The notes below the pieces were generated by a model. That model was not told the DNA's origin. It searched no databases and saw only the letters and a program-made list of their open reading frames with translations. 64,000 nucleotides of DNA from an uncultured delta proteobacterium. GTDB lineage: Bacteria > Myxococcota_A > Polyangia > Fen-1088. The stretch's first letter is position 1. Each line of letters starts with the position of its first letter. The stretch lies in assembly GCA_963767925.1 (NCBI GenBank), contig CAVYGB010000001.1, positions 295,085 to 359,084 on the forward strand. The letters run 5' to 3'. This document shows, piece by piece, positions 26,349 through 34,652 of this stretch. The position numbers and the translations under genes were made by a program.

Positions 26349-28772
26349 ATGCCGAGACCACGCACGCGTATCCTCCTCCCGCTCCTGGTCGCGCTCGCCC
26401 CGCTGGCGCAGTGTCAAGGGCCCGCCTCCGACGGGGAAGAGTCGGAGCTGGTGGCCCAGCAGGCGCTGACCGCCTTCGCGCCCGCGGTGGCGGTGGTGCT
26501 GTGCCGGGAGAGCTACGATGCCTCCCCGCGCCCGTCGCAGATGAGCAGCCAGGCGCTGGTCGGCCTGGCCGGGCTGGTCGGGACGCCCTACGACACCGTG
26601 ACGCTCGATCAGCTCCTGGCGCTCCCGGCCGGCTCGCACGCCAGCATCTGGCTCAGCCAGTGCGCGGTCCTCTCGGACGGCAAGCTGGACGCGCTGGCCG
26701 ATCGCCTGGCCGACCAGCTCGAGCGGGGCGGCTCGGTGCTGCTCGACGGGCCCGTCGGCACCTACCGCCCGGGGTCCAGCGGTCCGACCTTCCGGGGCTC
26801 GGGCGACACCGAGGACATCTTGCAGGTCGAGGCGCGCGGGTGGGCCAGCGTGGGGGGCTTCACCGTCCGCACGGCCGAGGGATCGCACCCGCTGGCGTCG
26901 CTGCCCGGCTGGACCGCCGGCACCACCTTGACCCAGGGGCTGGACGAGGGGAGCGAGATCCTCGGCATCAACGGCGGCTCGCAGCCCGGCGCCCACACCC
27001 TGCTCCAGCTCGCCAGCGGCTCGACCCGCCACCCCTACGCCGTGATCACCCGGCCGGACGCCGGGCGGGTGCTGGCCATCTCCGGCTACGGCCACGACGC
27101 CGGTCCGGCCAGCCCGTTTCGCAACGATTCGCCGCGCGGGTTCTTCGACAACCTGCTGTTGCCCCGCCTGATCGACGCCACCACCTGGCTGCTGGGCGGC
27201 GGCGCCCCCACCGTCGGGCTGCAGCTCTCCCACGCCCCGATGACCGCGGTCGTGCGCCTCGACGGCGACGTCAGCGGATCGCCCTCCAGCAGCGAGGCCA
27301 CCGTCGACTACCTGGTCGACCTGGGCCGCCAGACCGGCGTCACGACCGCCTACGCCATCGTCAGCGACCTGGCCGAGGGCGTCGACTGGGACGGCTTCTC
27401 CTCGTCGCAGATGAAGGAGCTGGAGCGCCTGGGCGGCTCGATCGGCTCGCACTCGCACACCCACGAGAACGACATGAGCAACGAGCTCGACGCCGCCGGC
27501 TGGGACGCCGAGGTCCGCCAGTCGCTGCAGATCATCCGCGCGCACTTCACCAGCGGGTCCTTCCGCCCCGCGGTCGACGTGTTCATCAACCCGGGCGACA
27601 CCATCGCCTGGCACGATTACCGCCGCTTCTTCAAGGACATCCGGGCCTATTTCACCCACGGCTTCGAGCTGTCGGCCCCCTACACCTCGGGCGTCTCGGG
27701 CTTCGATCTGCCCGCGGGGACCGCCCCGGTGGCCATCTTCGGCAACACCCCGGTGCCCGACTTCCACTGGTTCTACGATCCCACCTGGAGCTTCGGGCTG
27801 GCCGAGGCGACCGACCTGCAGCGCAAGATCCTCGGGTACTTCCAGCGCCGGGTGGGCCGGGGCGCCCTCTACAACCAGATGTGGCACGACTACGGCATCG
27901 CCGGCAGCCCGCCCGACCACAACCCCGAGGGGGGACCCTTCGACGCGTTCTACGACGCCGTCCGGGCCCACTTTGCCAGCGAACGCGTGTACGCCCCGGC
28001 GATCGCCGAGGTGATCAGCAAGCTGGCCCTCGCCCAGCGCAGCCGCTTTTCCGCCCAGTGGAACAGCAGCAACACGGTGGTGACGACGAGCCTGGATCTG
28101 TCCCGCCTGTCGTCGGCCGATCGCCTGCACCTGGCCGGCATGGGCCTGCGGGTGAACAAGCCGGGCGCCACCATCATCGCCGCCCAGGTCGACGGCGCCG
28201 CCCACCCCGCCTTCACCGCCGACACCGTGATCCTCCCGCCGCGGACCAGCGCGACCTCCCTGGTGACGATCACGACCGGCGACCCCGCCGCCGCCGCCCG
28301 CCCCCGCCTCACCTACCTCTCCAAGGCGCCGGCCGCGATGACCGTGTCCGGCGGCAACCTGCGCGTCCAGCTCGCCCGGGCGGGCCTGCCCACCCGCTTC
28401 TGCCTGGTCCCTCCCACCCGCCACGTCCTCATCGGCGCCGACCGCTACGCCCCCGAGGCCGCCGAGACCTGCGGCCGCCTGGTCGACGGCTCCTCCTCCA
28501 CCGCGATCGAAGCCCGCACCCTCGCCGTCACCGCCGACCTGTCGATCACCGCCGCCGACCGCCGCATCCTGTCCCACAGCGCCAGCAGCTCCGAGCTCAC
28601 CCTCGAGCTCGCCGCCGGCAAGAGCGAAGACCGCCTCACCTTCCGCGCCACCCGCGCCCCCGAGGCCGTCTACGTCGACGACGAGGAGGTGACCCCCAGC
28701 GCCCAGTCCGGCGGCGTCTACACCATCCGCCTCGACACCTTCTCCGCCACCTCCGTCACCATCGAGCTCTGA
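26349..28772 (+). CDS. Large secreted protein with polysaccharide-deacetylase (NodB/CE4)-like core
   Basis: Signal 'MPRPRTRILLPLLVALAPLAQCQG'. 'VRLDGDVS' and 'GSHSHTHEND' resemble the CE4 D-D and H-S-x-x-H metal motifs. The remaining domains are unassigned. Confidence 0.6.
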   Translation: MPRPRTRILLPLLVALAPLAQCQGPASDGEESELVAQQALTAFAPAVAVVLCRESYDASPRPSQMSSQALVGLAGLVGTPYDTVTLDQLLALPAGSHASIWLSQCAVLSDGKLDALADRLADQLERGGSVLLDGPVGTYRPGSSGPTFRGSGDTEDILQVEARGWASVGGFTVRTAEGSHPLASLPGWTAGTTLTQGLDEGSEILGINGGSQPGAHTLLQLASGSTRHPYAVITRPDAGRVLAISGYGHDAGPASPFRNDSPRGFFDNLLLPRLIDATTWLLGGGAPTVGLQLSHAPMTAVVRLDGDVSGSPSSSEATVDYLVDLGRQTGVTTAYAIVSDLAEGVDWDGFSSSQMKELERLGGSIGSHSHTHENDMSNELDAAGWDAEVRQSLQIIRAHFTSGSFRPAVDVFINPGDTIAWHDYRRFFKDIRAYFTHGFELSAPYTSGVSGFDLPAGTAPVAIFGNTPVPDFHWFYDPTWSFGLAEATDLQRKILGYFQRRVGRGALYNQMWHDYGIAGSPPDHNPEGGPFDAFYDAVRAHFASERVYAPAIAEVISKLALAQRSRFSAQWNSSNTVVTTSLDLSRLSSADRLHLAGMGLRVNKPGATIIAAQVDGAAHPAFTADTVILPPRTSATSLVTITTGDPAAAARPRLTYLSKAPAAMTVSGGNLRVQLARAGLPTRFCLVPPTRHVLIGADRYAPEAAETCGRLVDGSSSTAIEARTLAVTADLSITAADRRILSHSASSSELTLELAAGKSEDRLTFRATRAPEAVYVDDEEVTPSAQSGGVYTIRLDTFSATSVTIEL

Positions 28773-28909
28773 CCCCCACGCCGTCGTCCAGGAAGAGCTG
28801 GCCCGCCCCCCGGATTCTTGCTGCGTTGCACCGTCCGGTGCCCGGATTCGGGCCCGAGCAGGTGGGCACCCAGGGCGATATAGCTGGGTGGTCCCTCGAG
28901 GATGCGCCG

Positions 28910-29308
28910 GTGGCCACGATCGAAGACAAATTGCGGGATTTCTTCGGGCCGAGCGCGCCCGGCATCGCGGCCGTCTACCTGTTCGGCAGCGTGGCCCGAG
29001 GAACCGCCCGTGCCGACAGCGATGTGGACGTGGCGGTGCTCTACGAGAAGGATCCGCCCCCCACCCTCGAGGGACTTCCGCTCGATCTGGAAGGCGACCT
29101 GGAGCGACTGCTCGGCCTCGCCGTCGACGTCGTCGCGCTCAACCGAGCGCCGGTGGATCTGGTCCACAGGGTGCTACGGGACGGATTGCTGGTCGTGGAC
29201 GCCGATCGGCAAGCGCGCATCCTCTTCGAGGTGAAGGCCCGCAACGAATACTTCGACCTCCTGCCCACCCTCGAGCGGTACCGCCGCATGGAGGGCCAGC
29301 TCCGATGA
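28910..29308 (+). CDS. mntA: MntA-type nucleotidyltransferase (type VII antitoxin family); start uncertain (GTG 28910 or 28862)
   Basis: 'AVYLFGSVARGTARADSDVDVAVL' (GS-x9-DxD) in the last part of a long spurious track ORF. The stop overlaps the next ATG (ATGA). Confidence 0.75.
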   Translation: MATIEDKLRDFFGPSAPGIAAVYLFGSVARGTARADSDVDVAVLYEKDPPPTLEGLPLDLEGDLERLLGLAVDVVALNRAPVDLVHRVLRDGLLVVDADRQARILFEVKARNEYFDLLPTLERYRRMEGQLR

Positions 29309-29439
29309 CGGAAGCGCATCTCGTCGCCAAGAAGCTCGCGCTGATCGAGACCTACCTGCGCGAGCTCCGCAGCGAGGGACGACCGGAGCTCATCACCAAG
29401 GACCTGCGCGAGCTCCGTTTCACCGAACATACGTTGCAG
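29305..29439 (+). pseudogene. hepT: HepT (DUF86/HEPN) toxin, N-terminal 45 codons only
   Basis: 'MTEAHLVAKKLALIETYLRELRSEGRPELITKDLRELRFTEHTLQ' matches the N-terminal helix of DUF86. The R-x4-H-x-Y catalytic region is absent, and the frame then runs into antisense of selO. Confidence 0.6.
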
Positions 29440-29456
29440 AGGCCTGCCGGGTCCGG

Positions 29457-31087
29457 TCAGGAGCTGCAGGAGAGCATCGAGCAGCCGGCGCGGTGGCGGG
29501 CCCATTCGGGGCGCTTGCGCGGCGAACGCCTCGCGGCCGGGTTGCGTCGTCGTAGGGGTGGCGCAGGACCTCGAGAGCTCTGCTCGAGGCGGGCGTAGTC
29601 GCCCTGCTCGGCGTCGTCGATGGCCAGCTGGGCCAGGTAGTTGCGCAGGACGTAGCGCGGATTGACGGCGTTCATGCGCGCACGGCGGCGGTCGTCGGGC
29701 AGGTCCGCCGCTGCGCACCCGGTCGCGGTAGCGGCGCAGCCAGCGCACCGTCGCCTCGCGCTGGACCGGGCCGCAAGGCCGCGGCGACGTAGTAGGCCCC
29801 GGCCAGCGGGGCCAGCAGCGCCTCGTCGGAGGCCTCGCCGCCGACCGGGGCGACCGCCAGCGGCAGGTCGGCCAGGCCCCGGAAGAACAGGGTCATGTCG
29901 GTCTCGACCACGGCCAGCAGCTCGCAGCAGATCGTCGCCCAGGACGCGGTCCTGCGTCGCGCTCGGCCACCGGGCGGTGATCCTGCCCGGGCTTCGATCA
30001 GCCCGAGCTTGGCGGCCAGCATCGCCTCCTGCGCCGCCTCGAACGGCTCGGCGTAGGCGTCGAGCGCCTCCTGCAACGGCTGGCGGTCTCCTCGGTCAGC
30101 GGCAGCAGGGCGTTCGCGAGCCGGACCAGGTTCCAGTGCGCCACCCGCGGCTGCTCGCCGAAGCGGTAGCGGCGGCCGCTGGCGTCGGTGGTGTTGGGCG
30201 TCCAGCCCGGGATCGTAGTCCTCCAGCCAGCCGTAGGGGCCGTAGTCGATGGTCAGCCCCAGGATCGACATGTTGTCGGTGTTCATCACGCCGTGGACGA
30301 AGCCCACCCGCATCCAGTGCACCATCAGCTCGGCCGTCCGCCGGCAGACCTCGGCGAACCAGCGGCCGTAGACCTCCTTGCCCGGCGGGCCCAGGTCGGG
30401 AAAATGGGTGGTGATGGTGTAGTCGGCCAGCGCCCGCAGGATGTCGCAGCTCGCCGCGGGCGGCGAAGATCTCGAAGTTGCCGAAGCGGACGAACGAGGG
30501 GGCCACCCGGCAGACGATCGCGCCCGGCTCGGGTCGCGGGTGGCCGTCGTAGAACATGTCGCGCACCACCTGCTCGCCGGTGGCCACCAGGCTCAGCGCG
30601 CGGGTGGTCGGCACGCCCAGGTGGTGCATGGCCTCGCTGCACAGGAACTCGCGCAGCGACGAGCGCAGCACCGCCCGTCCGTCGGCGCGTGCGCGAGTAA
30701 GGCGTCGGCCCGGCCCCCTTGAGCTGCAGCTCCCAGCGCTGCCCGCCGCGGCTCGAGGACCTCGCCCAGCGTGATGGCCCGCCCGTCGCCGAGCTGGCCG
30801 GCCCAGCTGCCGAACTGGTGCCCGCCGTAACAGGCGGCGTAAGGCGACATGCCCGGCAGCAAGCGGTTGCCCGCGAACACCTCGGCGAAGGCCGGATCGC
30901 GCCAGTCCTCCTCGGTCAGCCCGAGGCTGCTGGCCACCTCGCGCGACACGGCGCCCAGCCGCGGAGCGGTCACCGGGGTGGGATCGACCCGGCTGTAAGC
31001 GGCGCCGGGCACCTGGCGCACCCGGTTGCCGGACACGGGATCGGCGGGCAGGGCGCGGATGAAGCTGTCTTCGAAGTGGAGGCGCAT
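29457..31087 (-). pseudogene. selO: SelO/YdiU protein adenylyltransferase, multiply frameshifted
   Basis: SelO blocks are spread over all three minus-strand frames: '[19 protein letters not shown]', 'WELQLKGAG', '[31 protein letters not shown]', '[33 protein letters not shown]', 'NPRYVLRNYLAQLAID', 'KRPEWARHRAGCSMLSCSS*'. Confidence 0.85.
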
Positions 31088-31223
31088 CTGGCGCTCGTAT
31101 CTGTAGCAGGCTGGCGCCCCACCGCCCGGACGGCAGTTGCGGAGCGAGGACGCGCTGCGCGAAGGGAAATCGCGGTCAACGCCGCCGCGAACCTGAGGGG
31201 GGCTCGTCCGTCCGACGGGGTGC

Positions 31224-32522
31224 CTACGACGGCGACCAGGTCGCGTCGAGCGAGGGGCCGGGGCGGGCGAAGTGATAGCCCTGCATGAGATCCGCCCCCA
31301 GCTCGAGCAGCGCGTTCCGCTCCTCGGCGGTCTCGACCCCCTCGGCCACCACCTGGATGCCGAGCTCGTTGAACGCCTCGTAGAGCGAACGAACCAGCCG
31401 GATCCGGCTGCGGCTCTCGTGCAGCCCCCGGATCAACGACATGTCGAGCTTGACCACCTCGGGCTCGAGGTGGGCGAAGGCGCTCAGGCCAGCGTAGCCC
31501 GCGCCGAGATCGTCGATCGCGACGCGGAACCCGAGCGCGCGCAGGCGGGCGATCCGGGCGCTCGTGTCGGGGATGCTGTCGAGCGCGGTCCGCTCGGTCA
31601 GCTCCAGCACCACCCGGGTGGCCTCCCGGGACAGGGGCGCGTCGCTCGCGAACAGATGTTCGTCCAGCAGGTCCTGGGCGCTGAGGTTGACGAACATGGT
31701 GTCGCTGCGACCGGCGACGTCTCGCGCCACCTGGTCCCGGATCCGCTGGCCGAGGTCGAATTGCGTCCCCAGCCGTTCGGCGGCCTCGATGACCGCTCCG
31801 GGGTTGGGGAGGGAGGCCTCGCGCGTCCGCAGCAGGGCTTCGAAGGCGTGGATCCGGCGAGCCTGCCAGCTCACGATGGGCTGGTACGCCATCCAGAGCG
31901 AGTCGAGCGCGCGCTGGAAGCTGGCCTCGAGGGCGGTCCGGTCGCCGATGCCGCGGGCGCCCGTCTCACCGCTGAGCGCCAGGGCCTGGCGCTTCAAGCG
32001 GGCGATGTGGTGCAGGCGAGCGGCGGTCCGGACCGCCCGGTGCAGCGTCTCGGGATCGACCGGCTTGACCAGGTAGCGGAGCGCGCCGCACTCGACCGCG
32101 TTCACGGCCGTCTCCACGTTTGGCATGCCGGTCATGAGAATGACCGGGACGTCGACGTCGCGCAGGCGGATCGCGCGCAGGAGCTGCAAGCCGTCGAGGC
32201 CAGGCAGGCAGATGTCGCTGACGATCACGTCGAAGTTGCGCTGCTCGAGCAGGCTCGTAGCGGCCGCCGCGTCGCCCGCGACCAGGACCTCGTAGCCCAC
32301 CCGGGTCAAGGAGCGAGAGTACGCGCGCTGGATCATGTCGTCGTCGTCGACCAGGAGCACCGCGATGGGCCGCTGGCCCCACTCGGCGATGGGATCCTTC
32401 TGGGCGACGCTGGGCGGGTCCTTGCTCGCGGGGGCCGTGGTCGGATCGGGCACGGGACAATTGTGCGCGTCGAGAAACTGGCCCGAAAGCGGGACGATTC
32501 TGAATGACGCCACGGATATCAC
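31224..32522 (-). CDS. Response-regulator receiver + EAL domain protein (putative c-di-GMP phosphodiesterase)
   Basis: REC '[12 protein letters not shown]...[15 protein letters not shown]', EAL 'HAFEALLR', 'VNLSAQDL', 'LELTER', '[10 protein letters not shown]' and 'KLDMSLIR'. Confidence 0.85.
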   Translation of the reverse strand: MISVASFRIVPLSGQFLDAHNCPVPDPTTAPASKDPPSVAQKDPIAEWGQRPIAVLLVDDDDMIQRAYSRSLTRVGYEVLVAGDAAAATSLLEQRNFDVIVSDICLPGLDGLQLLRAIRLRDVDVPVILMTGMPNVETAVNAVECGALRYLVKPVDPETLHRAVRTAARLHHIARLKRQALALSGETGARGIGDRTALEASFQRALDSLWMAYQPIVSWQARRIHAFEALLRTREASLPNPGAVIEAAERLGTQFDLGQRIRDQVARDVAGRSDTMFVNLSAQDLLDEHLFASDAPLSREATRVVLELTERTALDSIPDTSARIARLRALGFRVAIDDLGAGYAGLSAFAHLEPEVVKLDMSLIRGLHESRSRIRLVRSLYEAFNELGIQVVAEGVETAEERNALLELGADLMQGYHFARPGPSLDATWSPS

Positions 32523-32596
32523 CCGGTGGTATCGTCACGTTTTGTCCTACAAAACATCAGGCCCCGACGCCGCCTCGATATTACGACCCATTACAC

Positions 32597-32619
32597 GGTA
32601 CCCGCCGGTGGTACCCGCC
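32597..32619 (+). promoter_or_regulatory. Direct repeat GGTACCCGCC x2 (13-bp period) abutting a TTGACA hexamer (32622-32627)
   Basis: Read from the sequence about 90 bp upstream of the NarL-type regulator gene. The embedded TACCCGC resembles the NarL heptamer TACYYMT. Confidence 0.3.
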
Positions 32620-32709
32620 CGTTGACAGCGGGCCCGGTCCCCCGGAACACTCGGGAGCGCCGGCTCGATGCCTGCCCTTGCGAATCGTACTGCTGCCGAG
32701 ACGAACCCT

Positions 32710-33345
32710 ATGCCCCTGCGCATTCTGCTGGCCGACGACCACGCGGTCGTCCGGCGGGGCATCCGGTCCCTGCTGGCCGAGGAGTTCCCGGACGCCGAGT
32801 TCGGGGAGGCGGAGAACGGCGCCCAGGCGGTCCAGCAGGTCGATCAGAACCGGTGGGATCTGGTGCTGATGGACGTGGGGATGCCGCAGCGGGGGGGGAT
32901 CGAGGCCCTGACGGAGATCCACAGCCGCCACCCGCGGCTGCCCCTGCTGGTGCTCAGCCAGCACGACGAGGACCAGTACGCCTTCCGGGCGCTGCGGGCC
33001 GGGGCCCTGGGATACGTGACCAAGCAGATGGCGCCCGAGGAGATCGTCGCCGCCGCCCACAAGGCCCTGGCCGGTCGCCGCTATGTCAGCCCCGTCCTGG
33101 CCGAGGCGCTGGCCGCGCGGCTGGGGGCCGACTGGGCCGGGCCGCTGCACGCCTCGCTGTCCAATCGCGAGTTCCAGATCCTGCGCCTGCTCGCCTCGGG
33201 AAAGAGCTCCAAGGAGATCGCCGCCGTGTTGTGCCTCGGCGCGAAGACCATCGGCACCTATCGATCGCAGATCTTCAAGAAGATGGGGATGAAGACCAGC
33301 GCGGAGCTGATCCGCTACGCCCTCAAGACCGGGCTGTGTGACTGA
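32710..33345 (+). CDS. NarL/FixJ (LuxR-HTH) family response regulator
   Basis: 'MPLRILLADDHAVVRRGI', 'DLVLMDVGMP' and the C-terminal LuxR HTH 'LSNREFQILRLLASGKSSKEIA'. Confidence 0.9.
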   Translation: MPLRILLADDHAVVRRGIRSLLAEEFPDAEFGEAENGAQAVQQVDQNRWDLVLMDVGMPQRGGIEALTEIHSRHPRLPLLVLSQHDEDQYAFRALRAGALGYVTKQMAPEEIVAAAHKALAGRRYVSPVLAEALAARLGADWAGPLHASLSNREFQILRLLASGKSSKEIAAVLCLGAKTIGTYRSQIFKKMGMKTSAELIRYALKTGLCD

Positions 33346-34547
33346 TGACGGAACCTGGCGAACCCCGCACGAGCGCCGGTGCCGAGGCGGCCTCGATCGT
33401 CGAGCACGCGCTCGTGCGCGCGCAGACCGCCTTGCGGGCGAGCGAGGACCGGCTGCGCCGGCTATGGCAGTCCGACGTCATCGGGCTCGTCATCGGCACC
33501 TTCGACGGCCGGGTGATCGAGGCGAACGATGCCTACCTGCGGCTGGTGGGCTACACCCGCGACGAGCTGGAGCGCGGCGAGCTGAACTGGCGTCGCATCA
33601 CGACGCCCGAGACCATCTGCGGGGGGGAGACCGCCATCGCGAACCTGTCTCGATCGGGCGCCGCGCCCACCTTCGAGAAGGAGTACATCCGGCGCGACGG
33701 CACGCGGGTGGCGGTCCTGATCGGGGCGGCCCTGCTGGAGACCACGCCCGGGTGCGCCATCTCCTTCGTCCTCGACAACTCCCAGCACAAGGCCGCCGAG
33801 GCGGCGGTGGCGCAGCTCAACCGCGAGCTGGAGCAGCGGGTCCAGACCCGCACCGAGGAGCTGCATCAGACCGAGCAGCGGATGCGCGCCCTGGCCGCGC
33901 ACCTGCAGACCGTGCGGGAGGAAGAGCGGACGGAGCTGGCGCGGGAGATCCACGACGTGCTCGGGCAGGAGCTCACCGGGCTCAAGCTGGACGTGGCCTG
34001 GACCCTGCGCAAGCTCGGCCAGCAACCGACCGCCCTGGCCCCGGTGGTCCAGCGCCTCGAGTCCATGCAGCAGCTCATCGACTCGACAATCGGCACCGTC
34101 CGGCGCATGGCCACCGACCTCCGGCCCGGCGTGCTGGACGACCTGGGGCTGGTGCCGGCCCTCGAGTGGCAGGCCCGTGAGCTCGAGCGGCGCGCCGGAC
34201 TGCCCGTCCGGTTCCAGGCGTCGGCCGACGACATCCCGCTCGACCGGGCCCGGGCCACCGCCATGTTTCGCATCTGCCAGGAGCTGTTGACCAACGTGGC
34301 CCGCCATTCCGGCGCCCGCGCGGTCGCCATCGACGTGCGCCTGGAGGACGGGGCGGTCGTGCTCGAGGTGACCGACGACGGCCGCGGCTTCGAGGAGCGG
34401 GACTGCTCGACCAGCAACTCCCTGGGCCTCCTCGGCATTCGCGAGCGGGCGGCGGTCTTCGGCGGTTCGGTCGCCATCCGCTCGGTCGAAGCCGGTGGCA
34501 CCAGCGTTGTGGCGCGGCTCCCCTTGCCCCTGCCCGACCCGAGCTGA
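33345..34547 (+). CDS. PAS sensor histidine kinase, HisKA_3 (NarX/DegS-type)
   Basis: PAS 'GLVIGTFDGRVIEANDAYLRLVGYTRDEL', H-box 'ELAREIHDVLGQELTGL' and the ATPase blocks 'NVARHSGA' and 'DDGRGF'. The ATGA overlaps the regulator gene. Confidence 0.9.
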   Translation: MTEPGEPRTSAGAEAASIVEHALVRAQTALRASEDRLRRLWQSDVIGLVIGTFDGRVIEANDAYLRLVGYTRDELERGELNWRRITTPETICGGETAIANLSRSGAAPTFEKEYIRRDGTRVAVLIGAALLETTPGCAISFVLDNSQHKAAEAAVAQLNRELEQRVQTRTEELHQTEQRMRALAAHLQTVREEERTELAREIHDVLGQELTGLKLDVAWTLRKLGQQPTALAPVVQRLESMQQLIDSTIGTVRRMATDLRPGVLDDLGLVPALEWQARELERRAGLPVRFQASADDIPLDRARATAMFRICQELLTNVARHSGARAVAIDVRLEDGAVVLEVTDDGRGFEERDCSTSNSLGLLGIRERAAVFGGSVAIRSVEAGGTSVVARLPLPLPDPS

Positions 34548-34652
34548 GCGCGGCACCCGCCCGCTCGCTGGATCGGCAAGGACGCCCTCGCCCAGCTCTC
34601 CCCGCGCTCGAGACGATGACCCGCGAGCAGTTCGGTCGGCGACCGCTTCACC

